64,000 nucleotides of DNA from Takakia lepidozioides. Taxonomy: Eukaryota; Plantae; Bryophyta. The stretch's first letter is position 1, and every line of letters starts with the position of its first letter. The stretch lies in NCBI GenBank assembly GCA_030704615.1, contig CM060731.1, positions 32,364,001 through 32,428,000 on the forward strand, in the 5' to 3' direction. The translations under genes and the position numbers were made by a program. The notes below the pieces were generated by a model, which searched no databases, had not been told where the DNA came from, and saw only the letters and a program-made list of their open reading frames with translations. Shown here piece after piece: positions 9,336 to 22,211 of this stretch.

Positions 9336-12300
9336 ATGTTAGGAGACTTGAATGCAGAACATGTTTGCATGCCTAACAGGAAAGGTGGACGTGCTGGAGG
9401 GATCGCAGGAATCCGAAGAGCCGCAGGAAGAGTCCGAGGAGCTAGCTGCAGCACGTACACCCACCCGATCCCCGAGTGCTTCGGTATTCCTGCCGGGCCT
9501 AGCCCTGTGCGATTCAAAGACGCGGCTTCGAAGGGCAAGTTCAAAGCCCCAGAGATCGACTCGCGTTCTTCGGTCATGGAGAATCGCCAGCAGGGGTCGG
9601 GCCCTTCTCCAGCAAAGTCGAAGAAGAAGCAGCCCGTCCCTCTACTGGTTTCTGAACCGGCTCAGGCCGATTCACCCCCCCAACGCGAATGAAGCAGCAG
9701 GGTAAAAGACAGATTCAATTGCAGCAGACACCTTCACCTGCAAGGATGAGGAAGCAGAAGGCAATCAGGGCGACGGCCGAACAATCTCCCGCAAAGCCGC
9801 TTCCACGAGCTGAAGCTCAGTTCCTGGAGGATTTCCCGCCTGCAAATGTTGGGGGCCGTCTCTGCTGCAGCGAAGGCAATGGGATCGACCGTTTTTGTCG
9901 ATTTGGTACGGAGGAGGGTGCTGCCGCTGAACGTTCGCAGCCAGACCTCACCACCGATGAGCAAGCAGGCCCGGAGGAGGCCTCTGCAATGGCAGAATTG
10001 CCCGCAAACAGGCCCCAGAGTGCAGCTCCAGTTGAGGATGCTCCAGCTGCTCAGCCACTACCGGCACCTACAGACATGTCTCCGGAGGATTTCAAAAGTG
10101 CAGCGGATAAAATGTTGGAGGAGACACACAGTAGCATTGGCAGAGTTCTGGGCAGCAGGGTATTCCAGCGGACTCTTCGAATCCCACTCTGTCGCATGGT
10201 CTCCCTTCCCATCGTCAGGCAGGCCCTTCCCGGAGATGTGGATAAGCTCAAGTTCGCATTTCGAGAAGGGTACCGTCTGGGATCGGCAGCGTTTTACGTT
10301 TCCATTGAGAATGAGGACGGCGAAACTCGTGGACCCACTGCCGATGAATTGTCAACGTGGGATACCCACTGGCACACTCGCAACGACGAATTCGAGGCGA
10401 CGCTGAAGGGTGATCCAGACTTCGGCCATATGTCGGGTAAAATGTTCTTTGTGTGGGACGGGAATCACCGACTTCTCGCCTGGTGGGAGTACATCAAGCA
10501 GAACCATGCCAAGCACATTGGCTGGCATTACATGGTGGAGTGTGTCATCCTGAAGGTGAAGGCGGCAGACTCCTCCCTGCTCAAGAATGCCATGGCGGAC
10601 CTCAACTCGTAAGATACTCATACCCTCCCTAGCACGTTCGAAATGCGGTGCCGCATTTCGGTTTCCATTCTGGTTTGTTTCCGTGCTTCCGTGTACTGAA
10701 CTGGAGAGTGTGCCTTGCAGGGTCACTGAGAATGCGTACGTGCATACCCACATGGCACATATGCTGTACAGGGTGAGGAAAACTGGTCTCACTGATCCGC
10801 AGATGTTTGCGGAAATGCTGGAGCCCGAGCTCATTCAGAAAGCCGTTGCAAAAACAGACCGGACATGGTATCGTCTCACTATGGATGGAATGGTGGAGGT
10901 GATATACGAAGTAAGTCGTCCTCCAATTTCCCTCTGCTCATCCTTCCCCAATTTCCAGTAATCTTTCCACATGAATCGAATGTAACGCTTCTGCATGTTT
11001 TTGTTGGCAGTCAAACATCAAGCTGGATTTGGCCCATGCCAAACGCTTCTTCATGGAAAGTGAGGGGCAGGTCAAAACGTTGCAGTCATTGACTGAGCAC
11101 TTGAAGGAAGCCGGTGTCAAGTCCAGAACCAAATACAAGTCAAAGCTTGTGAAGCTGGTGGCAATTGCAGATCCGGCACTTGGAAAGGACTTCATCCCCG
11201 AGATTGCAAAACACTATTCTCGGGCCATGCAGCCGACCATGCAATTGGAGAAACTGCATCACCTCTCAACGGCATGTGTGGAGGCGAAAGAGAAGGTGAG
11301 GTTTCAATGCACTGAAGTTCCTTCCTAGCAATAGCCACTCTCTTCCAGCTCCTGACATTGGATCGGAAATGGCAGACACGGTGGCTGTCGATCTGGAATG
11401 CATCCGAGAGCATAAGGACAATGTGGTCTTTTCCACTCGAAGTTTCCGACCCTGCAGTGGATGTGTGGCTCAACCGCATGACTTGGTGGTTCCAGGTAAT
11501 TCAAGGTACTTCCCCAGATTTGCTTTTCTGAAATGAATTCCCTGAACTGCTACGTGACAATGCATTTGGGAATCGCAGGTAATGTCGAATGCGAAGGAGC
11601 AAGTCGTAATGCACACAAATTCGTTCGGCTTGTACGTCAAATGGGATGGAACACAGACATTGGAAGACTACGTGACACGTTTCAGATGTGCGTACAAGGA
11701 CAACCTTTTCGCCAGAGAGCTACAGACAGCAAGAAGGAGCGTGGAGTTTACACATCAGGAGGGAGCGGGGAAAGCTGCAATGCGAATTGTTTACAGGTGA
11801 AGCACAGCTGCCCTTGTATGCGAAGCCTGGTTACGAGGTTTGTCTCGGAAATGCGGCACCGCATTCGCATTTTATGTTTTCGGTGGCACTCTGCAGTAGG
11901 TTCGTCCAATCTTATGCTCACGCATGCTGACTGCCTTGCAGGTATATGAAATACGTGCTCCTTCAGACAGGGGCCCTGGCTCAAGAGCCCCCGTTCTTCA
12001 TGGCTTGGACCGTGGCGGGCCCAAGCTGTGTCTACACACCCGAGATGCAGAAACAATGGCATCCCGCGCATCTCGTTGGATGCCCCTGGTACCTGGACAT
12101 GTCTGGCGGTATTGTTGACGAGTCTGAGAAAGATCTGCACGCCTTGGCAGAAGAGAAGAGAAAGAAAGGAAAGACGTGTCCCTGCTGGGCCAAAGTCGGC
12201 AAAGGAATCTCTGCTGCTCTGGAAGAATCCAGAAAGGCAGCTGAGATGGCACAAAAGACGGTGGATGCAGCTGTGCAGGCCCAACAAAGGGGTCGAAGAA

Positions 12301-14303
12301 GAAGAGGACTCGCCAGCAAGGAGCAGCTGTTGTGACACCCGCCAAAACGAAGAAGCAGAAACAGCCTGTTCAGGAAGAGGGTGAGGAAGAGGACTCCGAT
12401 GGAGACTTTGCAACCAGCCCACCCCCCCAAACGCAGGCTGCCTCCCCTGTGCCCACCGTTGTCACGAGAGGCACGAGAACTGGCTCGGCAAAGAAGGCAC
12501 TCTTCAACCCCCCAGGGGGGCACCCTTTCGAGCCGGTGGAAATGAAGAGGCCGAAAGTGGCTCCCGAAACAGTAGTCCAGTGTGTAAATGAGAGTTTCTT
12601 GGCGGCTTTGGATGGACGGGCAGCCAAGTTGGCATACATGAAGACCATGGAGGGTCTGAAGGGCAGAGCACTGAAGAAGGCGACTGCCGAAGAGCCTTCC
12701 GACACCCCAGGATTTCAGAATATGGTCTCGTTCTTTGAGAGGGTGTGTGCAGACAAGGATTGTAGGAGGGGCGGAAATGCCACCGAATGGTCTTGCGATA
12801 TGATCATCTTGGATATTCCGGACGGAGAGCCTGTGGAAGGACTGCAAGCTTTGCCATCTTGGAACAGGTACTCGGAGGACTTTTGGAAGAAAGGATTCGG
12901 GCTTGCCCGCATGGTGTTGGACGACAGAGGCTGTGTGGTTGTTTTGGCGAGCAGAGGAAAAAACACTCAGACAGGAATTGCGAAGTGGACCCGCAAGAGC
13001 GCCGTCCCGATTCTGAAAAAGAAGTGGACGTGCATCAACACACTGGGCCTTCGGTCGGAAGGGAAGAAGGTGATTACGACACTGGCACTCGTCCATTCAT
13101 TTGCTTGGGTGTTTTCAAATGCGGTGCCGCATTCGGTTTCTAATCGTTCCCCCCTGTGTATGCAGACGAAGCAGTTCGATGCATACTGCTTTGTGAAGGA
13201 GAACTCCACCTTTGCTTTCCGGAAGGAGGGAGGAAAGGTTGACCCGAACTGCGACCCCCTCGATTACGACGTTCTGTTCAACAACGTTCCCAAGGAACTT
13301 CTCCCTCATAGCCTCACTTCAACGGAACCCCTGCGGTACTCATGGACTCGAAGCCCTGCCTTCATTCAGACAATTATGGAGACATGCACAGACGTGGAGG
13401 GCACAGTGCTCGACCTCATCTGTGGGACAGGTATGCAGAATCTTGATCTATGTTGTTCTGCAAATTCTCGTTAGGATGTAGCTCGCAACATCTGAAGCGC
13501 CATGTGGTAATGTGTGGATGGCATTGTAACAGGTGCCTCAATGTGGGCTGGGCGGTTTTTCCGACCGGCACCTCTTTGCCTACGAGGAGGATTCATCCGT
13601 GTGGGGATCCCATCTGGAAGGGCTGCAACGGAATGTTAAGGCTCCCAACAGAGCGGAAGTCTCCTCGGATTCGTCGGAGTCCGAGGAAGACACAGTGGAC
13701 ATTGATGCGGAGGAGAACCCGGAATACGAGTGAGTGCAAACATTGTAAGTTTGCAAAGCCTTCTGGGTCATTTTTGTCAAACGAATTTCCCGACTGTGGT
13801 TCTCATTAGTCTCGTTGATGATTGTCATGTGCAGGATTGCAGGGTCCGGGTCGAAACATGTAGGGCCTACACTTCCTGCCAGGAAGAATGTCCCGTTCTT
13901 TGCGAGGGCCGACTTCATGACGAGCCCGGTGAGGGACTACTCCCTTCCTAGTTATGCAGCTAAACTCGCAAATACAGCGATTAGAAGAAGTGAGAATCCC
14001 AGTAAAGTAGAGCAAATTTTGGAGAGGGCTAGGGAGGACAGAAGGATAAGGAAAGAGTTGGCAGCAGCTCAGACAGGTAGACGGGTACGAAAGTACATAT
14101 GTGATTCAGCGGATGAGAGCGACGCAGACAGGGAGGAAGACGACCCAACGGAGGTGAGATGGACAGTTCCGCAAGGGGAAGATGGGATTTTCGAAAGCCT
14201 GGCCAACGAGCAGTCCGCTGGAGATGAGAAAGGCACTGAGGGGGTGGAGGCGGAGCAGGACAGTCTAGAACAGGATGAGGATTCGGATGATTTTCAAGAT
14301 TAA
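9336..14303 (+). CDS. gene B: ParB/Srx-like domain fused to a beta-class N4/N6 DNA methyltransferase-like domain; ~9 exons, apparent frameshifts near 9680 and 12310
   Basis: Exons approx 9336-10608, 10721-10910, 11011-11295, 11376-11495, 11579-11796, 11942-13069, 13166-13430, 13533-13729 and ~13835/13843-14303, all GT-AG. Motifs FFVWDGNHRLLAW (GxxRxxA), DMIILDIPDG and VLDLICGTG|ASMWAGRFSDRHLFAYEED. 5' start uncertain. Confidence 0.8.
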
Positions 14304-14439
14304 TAGAATTTTAATGAAGTCTCTGTAAATATAAATTCTCTTCCAGAGTATATAAAGAAAATTCTCCCCGACATTCGTGACCCCTCTCCAGTGTGCATTC
14401 CAGCCACACAATCGCCCAAACCACGATGCTCCCAAAATC

Positions 14440-15210
14440 AGAAATGGGGCACCGCATTTCCAAAATTTTGACAACTCTAAGAAACTCTTTTGGAAATGCG
14501 GCACCGCATTTCCAAAACAGGGGAGGGACTAAATTTTCCATTTCAATGTTGGCATAGTAAAAAGTAATCGGCCGATTGGAAATGCGGTGCCGCATTTCCA
14601 AAATTTCCTTTGTCCACACGCCAGTTTTGGCCTCTCCTGCTCATTGCATGGATGCCACCACGCTTACAGAGGTCGAACAAGGAGGTCGAACAAGGAGGTC
14701 GAGATGGCGGAATTGGAAATGCGGTGCCGCATTGACCCTCGCGGGGATGGTCGTTGTTCGAACTGCAGGCCCATCAGCAAAAATTGGCACCGCATTCCAT
14801 TGTAAAAAAAAAGTCGATGACGGACATGGAAATGCGGCGCCGCATTTCCAGAACGGACATCGCAATTTGTCCATTTGCAGACCCTCTCACGGAAATGCGG
14901 TAACGCATTCCATCGCGCTCGTCGGAAATGTCACACTTTTCGAAGTGTTGGACGGAAATGCGGCACCGCATTCCCTTGTCCAAAAAGAAGTTTCCATTGC
15001 CAAGCTGGAAATGCGTCGCCGCATTTGCAATGCCAACCTCGTTGTCTGTCCAATTTATAGACCCGTGTTGGTATTTCGTGTACCTGGACGGAAATGATGC
15101 ACGGCATTTCATTGTCCGACACTGAAATGCGGTTCATACATTTCCATGTCGGCATGGAAATTCGGCACCGCATTTCCTTGTCCGACATGGAAATGCGGTG
15201 CCGCATTTCG
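14440..15210. repeat. second cluster of ~13 GGAAATGCGG-N2-CCGCATTTCC palindromes
   Basis: Copies near 14440, 14491, 14577, 14714, 14827, 14890, 14953 and 15006, then a 33-bp period from 15089 to 15188. Confidence 0.9.
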
Positions 15211-15465
15211 ATGCTGACATGGCGTTACTCTGGTATATTCTTGACACATGACTCTCATACCGGTTACTCTGCTATATTCATCCGGACAGACACATTGTAG
15301 AAATGAGACATCAAATTGTAAACAGTGGGCCAATTCCGACAGTTATTCAACAGAATGAAACACAATCATACAGAAGTGAGGTATGATGGGTTTATTGATC
15401 GGACACGATGTCTCACATTTACCAACTGCAGACAAAACTAAGCCCTTCCTCCTTCTACATGGGCT

Positions 15466-16044
15466 TCACCAAGTCGACGGAACTTCGATACCCCTCAAAA
15501 CAAGCTCATCACTGCTGCGGCACCTCGAGGTAAACTGCAATTTGGTCGTTCTGCTGCCCTTGCTGGAGCCGACGACAATGTCATGTCCATCAATGATACC
15601 ACCATCATACATTGACAAGGTCACTGTGGGCCTCATGTGCCCGTGCGATTCGTCTTCGCAACTCAGCCGAATGTCTCCATACACTGGAAGAGCGGAGTGA
15701 TCTGCACGTATATAGTTTTCCCCGGTGCCGTCCTCCCTGGTCCACTGGCAGCAGTTCCAGCGCCAAAGCGAGGCCGTGCGTGATCTGTCCGGCATCCCTT
15801 TCCAGCTTGGTATATCGAGGTCAACAATTTTCAGGACCCACAGACCGCATTGACCCTCGCCCTCACCTCGCTCAAAGCGGTAATAGCCCTCCAGATACTC
15901 CATTGCGCGCAAAGACTCTTGCTTGATTCCAGCAGCGTCTGTGAAAACAGAGAGCCAGACAATGATGTCTCCTGATTCTGGTTTGAACATAGCATAATCG
16001 TGGCCATGATAAGGGCAGTCGGCTGGATTTCGGTGGCACGACAT
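15466..16044 (-). CDS. intronless hypothetical protein (paralog 1)
   Basis: MSCHRNPADCPYHGHDYAMF...WNCCQWT...YGDIR; aligns along its whole length with 16601-17164. Confidence 0.65.
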   Translation of the reverse strand: MSCHRNPADCPYHGHDYAMFKPESGDIIVWLSVFTDAAGIKQESLRAMEYLEGYYRFERGEGEGQCGLWVLKIVDLDIPSWKGMPDRSRTASLWRWNCCQWTREDGTGENYIRADHSALPVYGDIRLSCEDESHGHMRPTVTLSMYDGGIIDGHDIVVGSSKGSRTTKLQFTSRCRSSDELVLRGIEVPSTW

Positions 16045-16600
16045 CCTTGAAAAAGAGTAGCGGAGTACGCTCAATGACAGCAGCTCCCGGATAGAGGAGG
16101 AGCAGCGCGGTGGCTGGAAAAAGTTCAAGCTAAGGCTGCAATTCCTCACAAACACTCCAGGGCACATTTAAATTCCCCCCCTACAGGATCCTGAACCGAT
16201 GAAGATTGGCTGCTTCATGAATGTAGCCGTTTCAGTTTCCTACCCTGCCATGCAAACTATGGGCACTCACTGCCAGGTGGGCCGATAGCCACTGGACACG
16301 ACGAAGTCCATCCCCTCTTCGATGTAAATGCGGCGCCGAATTTCCATCCGGGGGGATGGACTTCGGTGGCAGATCTCAAACTATAACTTGTTGATGAGAA
16401 AGATGTATGGGTTCATCCACCGCCGGCGTGATGAACACGTTCCACCTCCGTCGGTGGGTACGTGGGACCCAGATGCTCCATTATTGGAGGCCGGACTGCT
16501 CTTCCGCTTCGCATCATTTCCAAAATCTAAGGGCTTCGTAGCTATCCGCAAGGTCATTGTCATCTGCATCCAAGTCGTCCTCAGGTCCTCCTTTGCAAGG

Positions 16601-17164
16601 ATGCCGTGCTTCCGGAACCGGGACGACTGCCCATTTGGAGGCATCGATTATGCAATGTATTCGGCCACATCGGGAGACATTGTTATCTGGTACACAGATT
16701 ACACAGAAGATACTGGTTCGATTGTGGAAACATTGGTGGCTTTTGAGTATATCCTAGGCCACTACGCCTTCGAGCGGGGTGACGATCTTGGTCTGAGGAG
16801 TCCGTGGCTCCTGCGCATCCTCGATTCCGATTTTCCCAGCTACGACGGTCACCCATGCAGAAGAAGGCGCACTGCTATGCTGTTGCGGTGGAACTGCTGC
16901 CACTGGACGTGGGTGGACTCCATCGGAGAGACCTATTCTCCTGAAGGAGTGCACTCCTCTTCTCCATTGTATGGGGACATTCGCATTGGTGTGGACGACA
17001 AAAACGTGAAGATTTCCATATTCGATGGTGGTATGATTGAAGGGCAGGACATTGTGGTGAACATCACTAGGGGCGGTACAACGGCTGCAATCGACTTTAC
17101 ATGGAGGAGCCCCATGACTCATGAGCTAGTTCTGAGAGCAGTCAAAGTCCCATTGACAACGTGA
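16601..17164 (+). CDS. intronless hypothetical protein (paralog 2)
   Basis: MPCFRNRDDCPFGGIDYAMY...WNCCHWT...YGDIR; aligns with 15466-16044. Confidence 0.65.
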   Translation: MPCFRNRDDCPFGGIDYAMYSATSGDIVIWYTDYTEDTGSIVETLVAFEYILGHYAFERGDDLGLRSPWLLRILDSDFPSYDGHPCRRRRTAMLLRWNCCHWTWVDSIGETYSPEGVHSSSPLYGDIRIGVDDKNVKISIFDGGMIEGQDIVVNITRGGTTAAIDFTWRSPMTHELVLRAVKVPLTT

Positions 17165-17684
17165 CTTGTATTCAGTAGGCACAGGGCTAAAGATTTGATT
17201 GCACAATCAGCACAGTAGACGTGCTTCAAATGCAATTCATGTGGATCAATAAAAACCTCATTGTGCCCTCTTTTTATTCTATTCTGTGTCCATCGTTCCC
17301 AGAATGCGTCATTGCTCATTTTGTTTGGGATTGGGAGTGTGGGTGGATTTTGCAAGTGGCTGGTAGGCTGAAATGGGCCCCCATTGTACAGAGCAGCACC
17401 ACCCTACCATTCGCGAAACATTGCCTTTCGATATATAATTCTAAATAACATTGCCGAACCTCCTTCATCGGGAGGTCCTTCTCCCCCTATGACCGTGGCA
17501 CCCTAAACCCTATTCCCGCGGACACTCATTTCCGGAAAATAGTGCTGCTCATGTTTTTTTCCACACTTACGACTCTGCTCATGGCTCATGCCGCTCATGG
17601 CTCATGGCTCATGAAATAGCAGCCCCCAAGCATACCCATGCATAGCAGGTACCAGAAGCTGTGACATACACTCACGTTTGCCAC

Positions 17685-20600
17685 TTACCCCAACATAATG
17701 CTCAAACTGGGATGGTTGTGAATGACGTAGTCGTGGACAAGCTGCAACAATTCGACGGTCAACCTGCGTGGTCGACCAACTCCTTCCAACACCCAGCCCA
17801 ACACTGATTCCTCCTCTCCTGCATCCCACACTCTCCGCCTAGTAGCATCAACAGAAGACAAGTACTCTGTACAAAATCCCAATGCCTCGTCAATCACGTA
17901 GCCCTCCGCCATACTGCCCTCAGGCTTCGCCAAATTTCGCACATACCCTTTAAAATCCTTCATTGCTCTTTCCACCGGGTACATCCACCGAGAAGCTACA
18001 GGTCCACACAAATCCAGCTCATCCACCAAGTGGATAAGTAAATGTGTCATAACATCAAAAAATGAGGGTGGGAACTCTTTCTCCAGAAGACAAAGAGTCA
18101 CTGCCACCTCCTTCTTCAATTCCTCATGCTCGGTGGGATCAATCAATTTTGCACAAAGCTTGCGAAACACACAAGACACTCTTACTATGGCATTGCGAAC
18201 CCCAGGCGCCATCAACCCACGTAGAGCAAGTGGGAGGATCTGTTGCATTAGCACGTGATAATCATGTGACTTCAATTGGCTCAACTTTTGTTTGACCACA
18301 TGTTTTTTGAAAGCAGAGGCATAGCCAGTGGGTATTTTCAGATTTGTGATAATCTCCAGGAACACCCGCTGCTCTGGTTTTGTGAGCACATATGGCGCAT
18401 CAGGCATTACCAATGTATCCACTCTGGTGGGATGGCGTCGTAACCAAAGAGGCTTTCGAATGCCCTGCAATTCCAGATCGCGGCAAACTTTCATCGTGTC
18501 CTTTTCCCCGAAAAGAGTCTTCATTATGTTCTCCGTCACGTTCTTCTCGCAATGCATGGTATCAAAAGTGTGGCGGATGATAAGATGCTGCACCATGTGG
18601 TCTAACAAATTAGGCACATTGCAATGTAGTCATGAATGATGTTAACAGCACAGGTTCAGTAAACAAACAATCATGCACAATGAAAACCAATGCACTGTTA
18701 TGTTCCCAAAACACAGGTGTGGTAATCGCACCTCCCAGTAAGGCAAGTCAAACAGAATGGACAATCGTTTTACGCCATGGAGCTTGGAGGGATCGTTCTG
18801 TGCACCTACAGTCCCACCATCATCAATCCATTGTTTGTAATGTCGTGCACGCTCCTTGATTTCGGTGGCTGTCACTGTATGTGGAGCAGGTCTCATGTCT
18901 CGCGCCCCATTAAAAAGTCTGGATCTTCTATAGGCATGATTGTGGGGAAGATACCGTCGATGCCCCTGGAATATCAATTTCTTGCAAGCTGGGGAATATC
19001 TAGAATCGACTTGAGGTCCACATGCTGGACAAGCAGAGTACCCTTGGTGAACCTGACCTGATAACAAGCCATAGGCGGGGAAGTCATGTATGGACCACAT
19101 GAGGACTGCACGCATGGTAAAAGCCCGCTCTCCTTCAATGGCTGCCACATCCACGGCTGCAACTCCCACCCACAATGTCGTTAGCTCCTCCACTAGTGGT
19201 TGCAGGTAAACATCCACATTTTCACTTGTCACAGATTCCTTTCCAGGAATGAGGAGTGTTAACATGACAAAAAATTTCTTCGTTACCAACCATGGAGGTA
19301 GATTATAATTGAGCACCATGATGGGCCAGGTGGACCAACTCGCGCATTTTGTGCCATAAGGATTGACCCCATCCAGTGCCAATCCAAGACGCAGATTTCT
19401 TGGATCTGAAGCAAAATCCGGCCATGTGTTGTCAATATGGCACCAAGCCTTACTGTCTGCAGCATGCCGGACCATGCCATCTGCACTTCTATGATTGTTG
19501 TGCCACTTCATGAGCTCTGCCAGCGTCTTAACTCGGAACATCCGTTTCAATCTAGGTATGAGAGGAAAGTATCGCAGCACCTTCTTGGGCACCTTCCCAC
19601 GGCCGTCCATGTATCGAGGACTGTGGCACTTGGGGCAATTTGCAGCCTTTTCCAGGTCTCCATGAAACAATACACATCCACGCTCACAGGCATGGATCTG
19701 TTTGTATCCTAGACCCATCATGGCGATCATATTTTTGGCCTCATACTGCGATTTGGGCAAGGTGTTTTGTTTGGGCAAAATCTCCAGCCTCAACAATGAA
19801 AATAACTCATCCACAAATGCGTTGGTACATCTGTGAGTGGCGCAAGAATTGAGCAACATCAATGTGGCAGTCAATCGGCTATGAACGCTCCCATCGTATA
19901 AGGGGATTTGGGACTCTCGCATGAGTTTTTCATGGTGAAGATCATTTGGCGCGCCTGCTTCTTCTCCGCCCATATTTTCCCCATCAGGCATTTCAGAGGG
20001 ATTTGCGCCATTCTCAACAGCCTCATCATTGTCCAAGTGAAGGGCATTTGGGGCAGGTGTGGGATTCTCCCGGAGGGTATCTGATATTTCAAATGCATCT
20101 TGCACAACACGGGCAATCTGGCCCCGTAGCCCATTGCCGTCTTGTCCCTCCAAATTGACGTCGTTTGCAACACTCTCTACACTACATTCAGCCTCCACTT
20201 CAGAGTCGGATGTAATGTAGCCCTGTGAATGCAAATGAAAATCAGAAATTGGGATACGATGAACAGGCTTTTTTCAAAACTCCCAGACTCTGAAATTTCA
20301 TTTAAACACTGTCATGTAAGCAAACACAATACGTAGAATTGCACTAGTTCAATAGAGGTGAATGCTGCAAGTCTCCCCCGCACTTGCGAATCAGGAGACG
20401 AAATTGGTCGGCCACAGTCTTCATTTCGAAGCAGCTTGTGGAGCTCACACACAAAGACAAATGAAATCTACTCTCATATAATACGGCAAAGTAGGAACAC
20501 AGTTCAAATCGAAAAACAAAACAAACATACCCTCTGTGATAGAAATTGACATCCCCACATACAGACAACTATCTTCACATACCGACAAAGTGAAAGCTCT

Positions 20601-21180
20601 CAACAAATATGCCCAAGTGGGCAGTGCGTTGAAGGCATGACACATGGCAACAAACTACCAAAAGCCCAAAATGCGGCCAGCCTTCCGACATGGCAGTCAA
20701 CAGCGACCATGTAGTCATGACCCTCACTACATGACTCCAGTACAACCAATGGAAGAACACCACGTAGTTGAAATGTCCATGATCCGCGGTCATGAAGTCA
20801 TGGACATGACTACTCTGACACACTACCAACTACATGACTCCATCACTACGACTCCATGACTCCAATACATCCAACGGAAGAACGACACGTAGTTCGGACT
20901 CCAGTCACTCCACGACTATCCAAAATGCGGACATGCGCGGGCGTGCTGCGAGCATGTCAGAGTGCGTGCATCGTGCAAGGCATACCGGGACTGTACACTG
21001 TCGAAGGTTTGGGTCCCTCCCATACTTTGTTAAGTGTTTTTTGGCCATCGGTAGAAACTGCGGGATCCCTCCATGGCAAGTTCTGCAGTTGCACAATATT
21101 TTGCGGTGCCCTTGTGCAATGGCATGCGCCTCCTCTAGTCACCACAGTTTCTCATCTTTCCTGCGCACACGGAGTCATTG
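17685..21180 (-). CDS. tnpD: CACTA (En/Spm) TnpD transposase, element 1, 5' exons
   Basis: CNCRTC transposase-associated exon (20905-21096); IHACERGCVLF, LGLALDGVNPY, STWPIMVLNYNLPPW, WSIHDFPAYG (Transposase_21-like); MHCEKN, LKSHDYH, FPPSFFDVMTHL, RWMYPVER, PEGSMAEGY (DUF4218-like). Confidence 0.92.
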
Positions 21181-21269
21181 AGCTCTCAGCCGAAACCCCG
21201 CTCTCGTTGTGTACATCGTACTTACATAGGGGGGTGTGCAAGGGTCTTTGCAGCTGATGTCAGACTGCC

Positions 21270-21908
21270 ATGGTCAGGCCCTCCCCGTGCGGTCCCCTGA
21301 CTGCGTATGAGAAGCTAAGGGAGACCTGCATTGCTCGCAACAAAGAGGTTGAGGCGGAGTTGTTTGGTTCGCACCCACTGTGAGTATACTGAGAGGCGGC
21401 TCACCCTACTGTTGTGGCCGCTATCTCGCAGGAGAGCATTGCAGGGGCTTGTCATTAGGGCATTTCTTTAAAAATGTTAGAGGTATACGGTTTAGCCTGG
21501 AATTGCCCGAGTTCTTGTCTTTTGGGTTTACGAGTTTTGCTAGATTCCCAGTGTTGGGATTGCATTGCTAAGTACATAGAATGCTGGTTGTGAGGCGTCG
21601 CCTGTCTCCATACTATCATGGCGCACCATGAAGAGAGCGGGATTGGTTAGGGTTTGGCTTGCAGGCTTGTTGCTCCGAAACCAAAGCGTGCTTGCCGTCG
21701 ACCTCCACTACCCACGGGACCACCCAGACGCAGTGGAAGGCTGAAAACAATGGCCGACGAGGCACAATAGTATGAAGACGAGGACGAAGATTTGTTGTGT
21801 GTCCCTGCGGGCGAGCACACTGGCGATTCCAGCGAAGATGTCCTTCACCACCCAGCTCCTGCACCCTCGCTTCCCCAGAAACGCCCGTCGCCGGCAAAAT
21901 CACCATCT
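21270..21908 (+). pseudogene. first exons of the CACTA element 1 tnpA-like gene, truncated
   Basis: MVRPSPCGPLTAYEKLRETCIARNKEVE followed by a GTGAGT donor; homologous to PLTEYKKFRERRIATIKEVE at 34858. Confidence 0.6.
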
Positions 21909-22211
21909 GTAAGCACCTGCTCACTATGACACCACATCTTCAAAATTTGCATGTAGCAAGGAAGGGATGCCCGAGCATATAGGCAGTGAAACCCCACAAT
22001 GGGATAGGAAATCAAGCCCTTCGCTATATCTTCATCGTGTACACAGCTTGGGTTAAAGTCAAAGGCTCTTACTAAGAGGTTGATACACAGTTATGTTTCT
22101 GTTTACAACTAAAATGCAATGTCCATTCAAATGAGTCCATCTACCCACTGATGCAAGTTCTTGTATGCACGCTTTGATACAAGCATGCCAATGGTTTGTG
22201 AGGTCTCCCCG

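Larger units (their letters stand above)
4374..17627. mobile_element. MULE1, terminus-A arm (inverted segment of a Mutator-like element; continues left past the Gypsy insertion)
   Basis: Terminus at 17627 reads GGGGGCTGCTATTTCATGAGCC on the minus strand, with subterminal GCTCATG repeats; it matches the MULE2 left end and is followed by the 9-mer AAGCATACC (17628-17636). Confidence 0.8.

Noticed and set aside
12032-13096. 354-aa minus-strand ORF (and similar long antisense ORFs at 22590-23267 and 50714-51352)
   Set aside because: Antisense shadows of motif-bearing genes, with no recognisable features of their own
9336-14303. Bacterial contamination as the source of the ParB-MTase gene
   Set aside because: The gene has multiple GT-AG introns conserved among paralogs and is embedded in plant transposons
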